Shown here: piece by piece, positions 8,580-17,857 of the stretch
Position numbering within the stretch: the stretch's first letter is position 1
How the letters are laid out: every line of letters starts with the position of its first letter
From: an uncultured bacterium
Lineage (GTDB): Bacteria > Arandabacterota > Arandabacteria > Arandabacterales > Arandabacteraceae
Direction of reading: 5' to 3'
NCBI GenBank assembly: GCA_964598025.1
Contig: CAZRAU010000006.1
Location: forward strand, 3,600 to 67,599
Length of the DNA: 64,000 nt
Notes under the pieces: generated by a model
Seen by the model: the letters and a program-made list of their open reading frames with translations, nothing else
Databases searched by the model: none
Told to the model about the DNA's origin: nothing
Program-made: the position numbers and the translations under genes

Positions 8580-10643
8580 ATGCCCGGACGGAACGCACGG
8601 AGAATGAGAGCCGAGGATCTATATGGGTTGAAGCTGGTAAGCGGGTGCGAATTATCGCCCGATGGACGCCACGTTGTGTACAGCCTTCAGCGCGTAGCCA
8701 AGCAAAGCGAGAAGAAGTACTCGAATCTCTGGGTGGTACCTGTTTCCAATGGGGCCCCAAGGCAGTTCACCTTCGGGGATCAGGCTGATAGCGAGCCCAA
8801 GTGGTCTCCGGACGGCGGGCGAATCGCTTTTCTGTCGAACAGGGAAGACGAGAAACAGGCCCAGATCCATATCATACCTTTTAACGGTGGTGAAGCCAGG
8901 CGTGTAACGGATTTCAAGGGTACGATCGGGGCATTCGCATGGTCTCCGGACGGCAAGCGGTTCGTGTGCCAGATTCGCAAGCAAGATGCAGATGAGATAG
9001 AGCGAGGGCGAGACGAGCGGAAGAAGAAGCTCGGCGTGGTGGCCCGGCACATAGAACGCGTGTTCTACAAGGAGGACGGCGTCGGTTTCCTCCCCAAGGA
9101 GCGATGGCACCTTTGGACGGTGGAGGCGGGAAGCGGCAGGCGCAAGCAGCTTACCGACGGCGAGATCCACGATGAGATCGAACCCGCCTGGTCGCCCGAC
9201 GGCAAAGGCATAGTCTTTGTCTCCAACCGGACCGAGGCACCCGATCTCGATCCCGATGCCATGGATCTTTTCATGATTCCGGCCGGCGGAGGGAAAGCGC
9301 GCAAGATCCCGACACCTGTCGGCCCGAAAGGGACACCCGTCTTCTCACCCGATGGCAGATCGATAGCCTATTTCGGAATCGAAGGCAGGGGCAAGTGGTG
9401 GAGAAACTCCAGCCTGTGGCTTGTGAACGTGGCCGGGAAATCAAAGGCCAGGAACCTCACGGCGAAATTCGACATCAACTGCACAAGCTGGACCATCAAC
9501 GATCTGCCCGGCAGTCCTGCAATGAAGCCGCCGGTCTTCGCCAAGGATGGTGCCCGGATCTATTTCCAGGTTGCCCGCCACGGCAACACGCATCTCTATT
9601 CGATCGCACCTTCAGGGGACAGGCGGAGTCTTGAAACAGTGATAGGAGACAAGGGGGTCGTAGGGGCCTACTCCTTCGACCGCGTGCGAGGAGACCTTGC
9701 CTATTTCCATGCCGACATGGCCTATCCTGGTGACATCTGGTTTCGGAATGCGGCCGGCGGGAGCCCGAAGCGACTCACCCATGTGAACCACCGAGTGCTT
9801 GGGAGTGTAGATCTTGGTGCGATCGAGGAGATCTGGATCAAGGGGCCTGCGGGTAACAGGATTCAGGGCTGGATCCTTAAGCCCCCCGGCTTCAGGCGGA
9901 CGCGCAAGTATCCGTCCATACTGGAAATCCATGGGGGGCCTCGGGTCCAGTATGGGAATTTCTTCATGCATGAGTTCTACTACCTGGCGGCGCAGGGATA
10001 CGTGATTCACTTCTGCAACCCGCGGGGGGGGCAGGGATACGGCGAAGCGCACTCGAAGGCCATCTGGAATGCCTGGGGCACGGCCGATTATGCCGATCTC
10101 ATGGCCTGGACCGACTACATCAAACGCAGACCTTACATAGATGGACGGAGAATGGGGGTAACCGGAGGAAGCTACGGCGGATATATGACCAACTGGATCA
10201 TAGGACATACCGACCGCTTCAAGGCGGCCGTCACCCAGCGGAGCGTGAGCAATTATATCAGTATGTGGGGATCGAGCGACTTCAACTGGGCGTTCCAAAT
10301 GGAGCTTGGAGGCAAGCCGCCCTGGGATGGTTTCGCCGACTACTGGCGCCAGTCTCCAATGAAATATATGGGGAGGGCCGTGACCCCGACCCTGGTGATC
10401 CACAGCGAACAGGATCTCCGGTGTGCCATAGAGCAAGGCGAGCAGGTATTCGTGGCGCTCAAGCGGCTGGGTGTGGACACTGAGATGGTGCGTTTTCCGG
10501 ATGAGCCTCACGGGCTTTCGCGGGGAGGCCGGACCGACCGGAGGGTGGAGAGACTCCGCCACATCCTGGGTTGGTTCGACCGGTATCTCAAGGAAGGCCG
10601 GGAAGGCCGATCCTCCGGAAAGCGACGGGAAAGCCGAAAATAG
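8580..10643 (+). CDS. S9 family peptidase (acylaminoacyl/dipeptidyl aminopeptidase) with WD40-like propeller
   Basis: Repeated WSPDG (PD40) motifs, EIHGGP, GGSYGG nucleophile, HSEQD and EPHG triad motifs; AAGGAG RBS before ATG 8580. Confidence 0.95.
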   Translation: MPGRNARRMRAEDLYGLKLVSGCELSPDGRHVVYSLQRVAKQSEKKYSNLWVVPVSNGAPRQFTFGDQADSEPKWSPDGGRIAFLSNREDEKQAQIHIIPFNGGEARRVTDFKGTIGAFAWSPDGKRFVCQIRKQDADEIERGRDERKKKLGVVARHIERVFYKEDGVGFLPKERWHLWTVEAGSGRRKQLTDGEIHDEIEPAWSPDGKGIVFVSNRTEAPDLDPDAMDLFMIPAGGGKARKIPTPVGPKGTPVFSPDGRSIAYFGIEGRGKWWRNSSLWLVNVAGKSKARNLTAKFDINCTSWTINDLPGSPAMKPPVFAKDGARIYFQVARHGNTHLYSIAPSGDRRSLETVIGDKGVVGAYSFDRVRGDLAYFHADMAYPGDIWFRNAAGGSPKRLTHVNHRVLGSVDLGAIEEIWIKGPAGNRIQGWILKPPGFRRTRKYPSILEIHGGPRVQYGNFFMHEFYYLAAQGYVIHFCNPRGGQGYGEAHSKAIWNAWGTADYADLMAWTDYIKRRPYIDGRRMGVTGGSYGGYMTNWIIGHTDRFKAAVTQRSVSNYISMWGSSDFNWAFQMELGGKPPWDGFADYWRQSPMKYMGRAVTPTLVIHSEQDLRCAIEQGEQVFVALKRLGVDTEMVRFPDEPHGLSRGGRTDRRVERLRHILGWFDRYLKEGREGRSSGKRRESRK

Positions 10644-10670
10644 GAGAGCATAACCGGAAGAGGTGGACAA

Positions 10671-11654
10671 ATGGCTGATCTTTCAACCGAATACATGGGG
10701 CTTCCACTGCGCAATCCCCTGATCGTTGCCAGCTCTGGCCTTACCAAGTCGGCTGACGGCGTCCGGAAATGCGCAGACGCCGGCGCCGGGGCGGTCGTGC
10801 TCAAGTCGCTCTTCGAAGAGCAGGTCGCGGTCAAGGCCAAAGACATGGAAGAGCACCTGTGGCTATACGGTCACACCGAGGCCTTCGAGTACGTCAGCAA
10901 GATGGCCATGCCCCTTGGTCCTCGGGACTATCTCAGGCTCATTGAAGAGGCAAAGGCCGGGGTCTCCGTTCCTGTCATAGCGAGTCTCAATTGCATAACC
11001 CCTCGATGGTGGGTGGATTTCGCAAGCCAGATTGAAGCGGCCGGAGCCGATGGTCTCGAGCTTAATATCTCGGTGATGCCAAGCGACCCGGCCCGCACGA
11101 GCGAAGAGATAGAGAACATCTATGTTGATATCGTGGAATCTCTCAGGGGCCGTGTCCGGATCCCGATCGCCGTCAAGATGGGGCCCTATTTCACCTCCGT
11201 TGCCCGGATGGCTGCGGAGGTGTCGAGGTGCGGGGTCTCCGCGCTGGTGTTTTTCAACCGCTTCTATCAGGTCGACATAGACATCGAGAAGGTCGACATG
11301 GCACCCGGGATTCACCTCAGCTCGCCCGGTGAGATAAGTCTCCCTCTCCGTTGGATTGCCCTTCTGGCCGGGAGCCTGGAGTGCGATCTGGCCGCATCAA
11401 CCGGGGTGCACGACGGTGCGGGGTTTGTCAAGCAGCTGCTTGCCGGCGCCACGGCGGTGCAGGTATGCTCGGCGCTCTATGACAAGGGAATCGAACATAT
11501 CGGTACCATGCTCGGGGACGTCGAGGCCTGGATGCAAGGGCACGGCTTCGAGAAGGTCGGGGATTTCAGGGGCAAGCTCAGCCGGCAGGCGACAGAGCGT
11601 CCGGAGCTCTATGAAAGACTGCAATACATAAAGCTCTTTGTAGGCATCGAATAG
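10671..11654 (+). CDS. Dihydroorotate dehydrogenase-like flavoprotein
   Basis: LSTEYMGLPLRNPLIVASS, VVLKSLFEEQ, PIAVKMGPY, FNRFYQ, STGVHDG, ATAVQVCS. Confidence 0.88.
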   Translation: MADLSTEYMGLPLRNPLIVASSGLTKSADGVRKCADAGAGAVVLKSLFEEQVAVKAKDMEEHLWLYGHTEAFEYVSKMAMPLGPRDYLRLIEEAKAGVSVPVIASLNCITPRWWVDFASQIEAAGADGLELNISVMPSDPARTSEEIENIYVDIVESLRGRVRIPIAVKMGPYFTSVARMAAEVSRCGVSALVFFNRFYQVDIDIEKVDMAPGIHLSSPGEISLPLRWIALLAGSLECDLAASTGVHDGAGFVKQLLAGATAVQVCSALYDKGIEHIGTMLGDVEAWMQGHGFEKVGDFRGKLSRQATERPELYERLQYIKLFVGIE

Positions 11655-11812
11655 GGTCCGCCCCTCCAGTGGCCGACGGGTTCTGCCGCGCTCGCCGTCC
11701 GCTCGCCGTTCAGGCTCACATTCGCCGCAAAGCCACTCTTTTGGTTTAAGTCAGGCTCCCGCCGGGCCGTTCACATGGGGAGAGGGTGTGATTCCAAGAG
11801 AAGGGGGAACAA

Positions 11813-12367
11813 ATGGTATTTCTAATAGTGGTCGGCATCGTGGCGGCGCTCTTCGTAGGCGTCTATAACAGTCTGATTCGCAAGAAGAACCAGGTCAAGA
11901 ACATCTTCGCAACAGTGGATGCCATCCTCAAGAAACGGTACGATCTCATACCCAATCTTGTGGCTACCGCCCAGAAGTACATGGAGCACGAACAGCATGT
12001 TCTGACCGAGGTGACCAGGCTCAGAGCGAAGGCGCTCTCCGGTGATGCATCCGATGACGAGAAGATAGAGATAGACAGCCAGATGTCCAAGGCCATCCGG
12101 GGTATTCTGGTTGCGGTGGAGAACTACCCGGGCCTGAGGGCGAATGAGAATTTCATGCACATTCAGGCCACGCTCACCGAGGTCGAGGAGCAGATCTCGG
12201 CCGCTAGGCGGGCATACAATGCTACGGTCACCGATTACAATAATGCGGTTGAGATGTTTCCCACCAGCATAGTGGCGAAGCTCTTCGACTTTAACTGCAG
12301 GCACCTGTTCGAGATCGAGGTGGCGGAAAGAGAGACTGCGGACGTTCACGCGCTTTTCCAGAGGTAG
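11813..12367 (+). CDS. lemA: LemA family protein
   Basis: N-terminal TM, YNSL, KRYDLIPNLV, ENYPGLRANENF, RRAYNATV, FPTSIVA. Confidence 0.95.
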   Translation: MVFLIVVGIVAALFVGVYNSLIRKKNQVKNIFATVDAILKKRYDLIPNLVATAQKYMEHEQHVLTEVTRLRAKALSGDASDDEKIEIDSQMSKAIRGILVAVENYPGLRANENFMHIQATLTEVEEQISAARRAYNATVTDYNNAVEMFPTSIVAKLFDFNCRHLFEIEVAERETADVHALFQR

Positions 12368-12388
12368 AACGTTACGCCGGATCGAGCC

Positions 12389-13384
12389 ATGATAAGCAGG
12401 ACCGCCTCGGATTTCGCCCATTTCTTCGTCACCGATCTCGTCAAGGAGCTCAAGCGGCTCGAGGTCAGGCGAAGGACCATTCTTGGTAGGGTGAAGATAC
12501 TGATCGCGGTCACAGCCGGCGTTGTCGGGGTAAGTGTCGCGGTCGTTGTCGCATTCGGGCTCGGCATGACCCCCGTCTTCGTGACCGGTGTGATTTGCAT
12601 CGGCGGGGCATCGGCGCTGTATAAGTATCTCATTTCGGATTATGTTCGTGACTTCAAGACAAGCGTCATAGGAAGAATCGTGCGGTTCATAGATCCGGAT
12701 CTGGTCTATTGCGCCGAAGGGCATATCTCGCCGGTTGAGTTCAATTCCGGCAGGATATTCACGCAACGGCCCGACCGGATGCGCGGGGACGATCTGGTCC
12801 AGGGTAAGATAGGGCACACCAATATCAGGTTCTCGGAGGTTCACGCCGAGCGCAGGACCCAGAGCACCGACGGCCAAGGACACCGGCGTGAACGCTACAG
12901 CACGATCTTCAAAGGTCTATTCTTCAAAGCCGATTTCAACAAGAAGTTCTATGGGAGGACAGTCGTGCTTCCCGATAGCGCCGAGCGGCTTTTCGGCAGC
13001 GTGGGCTCTTTCCTCCAGTCGGTCAACAGGTCGCGCGGCGAGGTCATACGGATGGACAATCCGGAGTTTGAGAGATACTTCGTGGTCTATGGTGACGACC
13101 AAATAGAATCCAGATATGTTCTGTCCACCAGCCTGATGCAGCGAATCTTGGATTTCAGGCAGAAGACCGGCAGGCGGGTCTATATGTCTTTTGTGGACTC
13201 TGATGTCTTCGTGGCAATCCCCTATAAGAGGCCGCTCTTCGAACCAAGCATCTTCTCCAAACTTACGAGCTTCAAGGGAGCACACGAGCACTTCGAAGAT
13301 CTCGCTCTCGCCCTGGGAATCGTGGACGACCTCAACCTCAATACAAGAATCTGGGTTGGGGTGGGGTCAGATCTTGAAAATTGA
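12389..13384 (+). CDS. DUF3137-like membrane-anchored protein
   Basis: Two N-terminal TM helices; FKGLFFKADFNKKF, DNPEFERYFVVYGDDQIESRYVLS, DDLNLNTRIW; usual lemA neighbour. Confidence 0.85.
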   Translation: MISRTASDFAHFFVTDLVKELKRLEVRRRTILGRVKILIAVTAGVVGVSVAVVVAFGLGMTPVFVTGVICIGGASALYKYLISDYVRDFKTSVIGRIVRFIDPDLVYCAEGHISPVEFNSGRIFTQRPDRMRGDDLVQGKIGHTNIRFSEVHAERRTQSTDGQGHRRERYSTIFKGLFFKADFNKKFYGRTVVLPDSAERLFGSVGSFLQSVNRSRGEVIRMDNPEFERYFVVYGDDQIESRYVLSTSLMQRILDFRQKTGRRVYMSFVDSDVFVAIPYKRPLFEPSIFSKLTSFKGAHEHFEDLALALGIVDDLNLNTRIWVGVGSDLEN

Positions 13385-13406
13385 ATTCGATTCTCAAGAT
13401 CTGACC
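13365..13406. repeat. 42-bp near-perfect palindrome (REP-like or terminator) overlapping the DUF3137 stop codon
   Basis: GGTCAGATCTTGA...TCAAGATCTGACC, centred on GAATTC. Confidence 0.8.
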
Positions 13407-13411
13407 TCGGG

Positions 13412-13440
13412 TTGACACGGGGGCGCCCTGTGGCTAATCT
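13412..13440 (+). promoter_or_regulatory. Sigma70-type promoter for hflX
   Basis: TTGACA-17 nt-TAATCT. Confidence 0.65.
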
Positions 13441-13552
13441 TCCATTCGGGATGTTGTCCGGGGGGAGTGGATGAAGGGTGCGCGGGGGCTTCCATCTAAG
13501 AAGCTGGGCGGGTGAGAAGGAAGGCCGGGTGGCCGTGGGAAGGAGCTTAGGT

Positions 13553-14827
13553 TTGGCGGAACGTGAAAGGGTGTTGTTGGTGGGCCTGGTTCGGGGGCGG
13601 GGGGGGCGGAAGGAGGCCGAGGAGTCGATAGAGGAGTTGGCCTCGCTTGCCGAGACGGCGGGCGCTGAGGTGATTGATGCCGTGCTGCAGGAGAGGCGCC
13701 ATCCGGACACAGCGACGTTTGTGGGGAAGGGCAAGGCTGAGGAGATTGCTGCAATATCCGAAGACCGGAACATAGCCCTCGTTGTTCTGGACGATGACCT
13801 TAGCCCTGCCCAGGCCAGGAATCTCGAGGAACTTGTCGGCCGGCGAGTCATCGACAGAAGCCAGCTCATCCTCGACATATTCGCGCTGGGGGCAAGGACC
13901 AGCGTTGCGAAGGCCCAGGTGGAGCTTGCCCAGATCGAATACACCCTGCCCAGGCTTCGGCGTATGTGGGAGCATCTGTCGCGGACAGGGGGCGGCATCG
14001 GGACCAGAGGCCCGGGTGAGACCCAGCTCGAGGTCGACAGAAGGCGCATCCGGCGCCGCATGTTCACCCTGAAGAAGATGCTTGAAAAAGTCGAGAGAGA
14101 CCGTCAGGTTCGCACGGCCCGCAGGAAGGACTTCGCGAAGGTAAGCCTCGTCGGCTATACCAATACGGGCAAGTCCACTCTCTTTAACAATCTCACGCAG
14201 GCGGGGGTCTCCACGGGCGACCGGCTTTTCGAAACCCTGGATGCCACCACCCGGATGTTGCGGCTTCCGATGAATGAGGTTGTGCTTCTGAGCGATACCG
14301 TGGGGTTTATAAAGAAGATCCCGCATGATCTTGTGGCTTCCTTCCATGCGACGCTGGAATGCGTGGTGGAAGCCGACATCGTGGTTCAAGTGGCCGACCT
14401 GAGCTACCGGGACTATGATAGCCAGATCGCGACGGTAAGGTCTGTACTCGAGGAAATCGGGGCGGCAGGCAAGCAAGAGTTGCTGGTCTTCAATAAGGTG
14501 GATCTCGTTGAGGGCGACGATGCCATCGCGCTGGCGCTTCGCAAGTATGAGGACGCGATTCCGGCCAGCGCTCTGTACGGATGGGGAGCCGATGCCGTCA
14601 AGGAGCGCTTGCTCACCCTCGTGCTCGACAAGAAGGAACAGGTCCGGGTCAGCCTTCCGCCTCAGAAAGGCAAGCTGCTCTCTTACATACACCAATATGC
14701 CACTGTTCTCGACCGCGAGATGGTCGACGGCAAGGTCTCGCTTCTGATAAGGATCGAGCGCCGGTATATGAAACCGCTGGCGGAATACGTGGAGCCGGGC
14801 GGATCTCAAACGGAAGCGCCGCATTGA
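13553..14827 (+). CDS. hflX: Ribosome-splitting GTPase HflX
   Basis: GTRGPGETQLEVDRR, G1 GYTNTGKST, LFETLDATTR, DTVGFI, NKVD; start TTG 13553 chosen from AGGAG RBS (ORF open from 13478). Confidence 0.95.
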   Translation: MAERERVLLVGLVRGRGGRKEAEESIEELASLAETAGAEVIDAVLQERRHPDTATFVGKGKAEEIAAISEDRNIALVVLDDDLSPAQARNLEELVGRRVIDRSQLILDIFALGARTSVAKAQVELAQIEYTLPRLRRMWEHLSRTGGGIGTRGPGETQLEVDRRRIRRRMFTLKKMLEKVERDRQVRTARRKDFAKVSLVGYTNTGKSTLFNNLTQAGVSTGDRLFETLDATTRMLRLPMNEVVLLSDTVGFIKKIPHDLVASFHATLECVVEADIVVQVADLSYRDYDSQIATVRSVLEEIGAAGKQELLVFNKVDLVEGDDAIALALRKYEDAIPASALYGWGADAVKERLLTLVLDKKEQVRVSLPPQKGKLLSYIHQYATVLDREMVDGKVSLLIRIERRYMKPLAEYVEPGGSQTEAPH

Positions 14828-15720
14828 GTCCGCTCTCCTCAGCAGCACTTGTCACCGGGGCCAGCGGTTCGCTGGGGTGGGTGCTCAGCCGTATGCTGGC
14901 CGACCGCTCTCCGGTCATCGCCGCATACCACACCCATGCCGCCTATCCCGATGGGACCAGGGGTACTGAGTTGAACCTGGGCGAGGCCGGAGCCCTTGGA
15001 CGTCTGCTCGAGACGCACCGGCCCCGGATCGTATTCCACCTGGCTGCAGTTACGAATCCGGATCAATGTGAACGGGATCCGGAAACCGCGCGGAGAGTGA
15101 ATCTTGAGGCGACCAGAGAATTGGCCCTGTGGGCGGCCGCCTCAGGGGCGAAGCTGGTGTTTGCATCCACCGACCTGGTCTTTGACGGTAAGAAGGGCAA
15201 CTACGGCGAAGAGGATCCAGCGGTCCCGTTGAGCGTTTATGGCAGGACGAAGCTCGAGGCAGAGCGGGCCGTGCTCGAAGTATGTCCAGGTGCTGCGGTG
15301 ATTAGAGGTTCGCTCTTCTACGGGCTGGGTGGTCCGGCCGGCCGGACCTTCCTCTCAAGTATTCTGGATGCGCTCTCAAGGGGTGCGGCCATCCGGCTCT
15401 TCACCGATCAAAGGCGGAACCCGGTTCTGCTGGAGGATCTTGCAGGGGCGATGATCAGAGTTGCGGATCTTGATCTTGTGGGCCTCTACCATGTGGCGGG
15501 GAGGGACGTGGTGACACGCTATGAGTTCGGTAAGATGGTGTGTACGGCTTTCGGTTTTAGCAAGAATCTGCTTATCCCGATAAGCATGGCTGATTTTGAG
15601 TATGATGCTCCCCGCCCGCTGGATTCCTCCCTGAATATCGCCAAGTTCGCGAGCGCTACCGGTCTTGAGCCTACGCCGGTGGTGTTGGCTCTGGCAAGCC
15701 TCGCATCCAGGCGTCTTTGA
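14824..15720 (+). CDS. rfbD: dTDP-4-dehydrorhamnose reductase-like SDR
   Basis: LVTGASGSLG, HLAAVTNPD, STDLVFDG, YGRTK, FTDQRRNP, PRPLDSSL; TTG overlaps hflX stop. Confidence 0.85.
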   Translation: MSPLSSAALVTGASGSLGWVLSRMLADRSPVIAAYHTHAAYPDGTRGTELNLGEAGALGRLLETHRPRIVFHLAAVTNPDQCERDPETARRVNLEATRELALWAAASGAKLVFASTDLVFDGKKGNYGEEDPAVPLSVYGRTKLEAERAVLEVCPGAAVIRGSLFYGLGGPAGRTFLSSILDALSRGAAIRLFTDQRRNPVLLEDLAGAMIRVADLDLVGLYHVAGRDVVTRYEFGKMVCTAFGFSKNLLIPISMADFEYDAPRPLDSSLNIAKFASATGLEPTPVVLALASLASRRL

Positions 15721-15732
15721 CCGGCCCGACCC

Positions 15733-16092
15733 TTATTCTATAGTTATCTGAATCAGGCCGTCATCGGACTCGATGTCCACAATCTTCCCGATATTTTCGG
15801 AGGTCACCTGCGACAGGACCTCATCTATATCCACGCCTTCCTCAATGAGTTCCCTTTTCTTCTTGGGCGGTATGAACTTGGCCGCTATTTTCGCCAGGCC
15901 CAGAGGGATACGAAGGTTCACCTTCTTCTTGTTGGTGCCGGGCTCGGTCACTTGGATCCGGAGCATCTTGCGCCCCCTGGATTTCTCGCTTCCCGGCGTC
16001 TCGTTGAGGGTATCGAGGAGCCTCGCCGCCTCCTCGGCGGTCACCTTGCCTTCCTCGAGCATCTTCAGAATCTGCATTCTCTCATCCCACAT
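15733..16092 (-). CDS. SHOCT-like domain protein (DUF2089 partner)
   Basis: ERMQILKMLEEGKVTAEEAARLLDTL; KKVNLRIPLGL. Confidence 0.85.
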   Translation of the reverse strand: MWDERMQILKMLEEGKVTAEEAARLLDTLNETPGSEKSRGRKMLRIQVTEPGTNKKKVNLRIPLGLAKIAAKFIPPKKKRELIEEGVDIDEVLSQVTSENIGKIVDIESDDGLIQITIE

Positions 16093-16095
16093 CTC

Positions 16096-16479
16096 TCAGG
16101 CCTCCTTCGGTTCTACTCCCAGCTCAGCCACTGCCTCATCCACGCTGATCTCGCCCTTTCTCAGCCGCTCGAACACCTCCAGCCTGTGGACGGCCGGCGA
16201 TTCGCCGCCTGCATCCAGGCCCAGGCTGATAAGCAGCTCGTCCAGACGCTTTCTCACCGTGGGGTAGGAAATACCGAGGTCCTTCTCGACTTCCTTGATA
16301 TTGCCCCGTGCCTTGAGAAAAGCCCACAGAAAAGCAAGGGCGTCCGAAGGCAGATTGCAGAAGGGGCAGGTCTTAAGATCACTCACGATCCTGGTGCTGC
16401 ACGATGGACAAGTGAGCTCGGTGACCCTAAGCCGGGTCTCGCAGATAGGACACTTGCCAATTGCGGTCTTGCGTTTCAT
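16096..16479 (-). CDS. DUF2089 zinc-ribbon/HTH protein
   Basis: CPIC...CPSC, FLKARGNIKEVEKDLGISYPTVRKRLD; GGAGG RBS before ATG 16479. Confidence 0.9.
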   Translation of the reverse strand: MKRKTAIGKCPICETRLRVTELTCPSCSTRIVSDLKTCPFCNLPSDALAFLWAFLKARGNIKEVEKDLGISYPTVRKRLDELLISLGLDAGGESPAVHRLEVFERLRKGEISVDEAVAELGVEPKEA

Positions 16480-16498
16480 ATCCTGCCTCCTTGTTGAC

Positions 16499-16556
16499 AA
16501 TGTATTGATCATGATTGAGTATGTCAACCGTATAATTAATAAACTCAATCATCATC
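16499..16556 (-). promoter_or_regulatory. DUF2089 operon promoter with an inverted pair of 14-bp boxes
   Basis: Minus strand TTGACA-17-TACATT; ACTCAATCAT(G/C)ATC at 16507-16520 (-) and 16543-16556 (+). Confidence 0.65.
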
Positions 16557-16645
16557 TTGATAAAAGTGAAGAGTATGATAAGCTTGACAAGGTGTGTACA
16601 AAGCCGCTATGTTGCATGGGGCTCAGCAGGAGGAACAGGAACACT

Positions 16646-17782
16646 ATGGGTGACAAGTTCTCGCGGGCAAGACGGCTCTTCGAAGTGCAGAGGAAACATG
16701 TCTATCTGAACCATGCGGCGATCTCCCCATTCTCGGCGCCCGTGGCAGGCGCCATCAAGAAACAGGCGGACGAACAGGCGGCTCATGGTGTCTGCGCCGA
16801 GGTCCTGTGGGATGAAAGGGCGGAGGGGGCTCGCCTCGAAGCAGCCAGGCTGCTTAATGCAAAGCCTGCGGAAATAGCGTTCGTAGGTAATACCAGTCAC
16901 GGGCTCAATCTCTTTGCGCGGGGGATGAGGTGGAAGAAAGGTGACAACGTGGTGCTCCCCAAGGTGGAGTTCCCCGCCAACGTATATCCGTGGTTATCGC
17001 TTAAGGAGAAGGGGGTGCGGCTCAAGTTCGTGCCCGAGCGGAACGGCCGGATCCGCATCGAGGATATTGAGGAGGCCATGGACAGGCGGACGCGGGTAGT
17101 GGCCATAAGTTTCGTCGAGTTCTCGAGTGGTTACCGCAATGACCTGAGAACGATCGGGAAGCTCTGCCGTGAGCGGGGATGTCGCCTTGTGGTGGATGGG
17201 ATTCAAGGGGTAGGCGCTCTCAGGTTGGACGTCAAGCACTGTCTCATAGACGGACTCTCATGCGGCGGGCACAAGTGGCTCCTGGCTCCGCAGGGTACAG
17301 GGATATTCTATTGCTCGTCGCGCGTCCTAGGGGAGTTGTCGCATCCGATGCCGGGTTGGATGTCGGTCGTGGATTGGGGGGACTACTACCGGTTCGATTA
17401 TAAGCTCTTCCCCGACAGCCGCAGGTACGAATCGGCCCAGAAGAACTATCTCGGCATTACCGGCCTCCTCGAATCGCTGAAGATAATCAACCGGCTGGGC
17501 ATCTCCGATATCGAGAAGCGGATCATCGCTCTGACCGATCATCTGTGTGACCTGCTGGAGAAGCGGGGATTCCAGGTCTTCAGCCCCCGCGGGAGAGGTG
17601 AGAAATCCGGCATCGTGTCCTTTTTCCCCGGCGGCTGGGAGGCGGAGGTGGTTGCGGAGAGACTGTGGCGGAAGGGTTTCATCACGGTGGCCAGACAGGG
17701 CCGGATGAGGGTCTCACCCCACTTCTATAACACCTTTGGTGAAGTCGAGCGCTTCGTGAAGGCGCTGCCCCGGCCAACATAG
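16646..17782 (+). CDS. PLP-dependent aminotransferase class V (cysteine desulfurase-like)
   Basis: YLNHAAISP, EFPANVYPW, VDGIQGVG, GGHKWLLAPQGTG, RVSPHFYN; ATG 16646 after AGGAGG/AGGA; promoter TTGACA-18-TATGTT at 16584-16613. Confidence 0.9.
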   Translation: MGDKFSRARRLFEVQRKHVYLNHAAISPFSAPVAGAIKKQADEQAAHGVCAEVLWDERAEGARLEAARLLNAKPAEIAFVGNTSHGLNLFARGMRWKKGDNVVLPKVEFPANVYPWLSLKEKGVRLKFVPERNGRIRIEDIEEAMDRRTRVVAISFVEFSSGYRNDLRTIGKLCRERGCRLVVDGIQGVGALRLDVKHCLIDGLSCGGHKWLLAPQGTGIFYCSSRVLGELSHPMPGWMSVVDWGDYYRFDYKLFPDSRRYESAQKNYLGITGLLESLKIINRLGISDIEKRIIALTDHLCDLLEKRGFQVFSPRGRGEKSGIVSFFPGGWEAEVVAERLWRKGFITVARQGRMRVSPHFYNTFGEVERFVKALPRPT

Positions 17783-17857
17783 GCCGTGGAGGCCCCGTCG
17801 GGCGCGGAACCCCGATGCTGCGAAGGTGAGCTTGTGATATCGGTTGCCGGCGGTTTC

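Noticed and set aside
8261-8788. 175-aa ORF upstream of the S9 peptidase
   Set aside because: Overlaps the peptidase in another frame; no RBS or recognisable content; no RNA motif recognised in 8200-8570
13547-14848. 433-aa minus-strand ORF, and similar long antisense ORFs (3366-4310, 9612-10670, 11822-12883, 50062-51183, 54574-55464)
   Set aside because: Shadow frames of well-conserved genes in GC-rich DNA; no motifs or RBS
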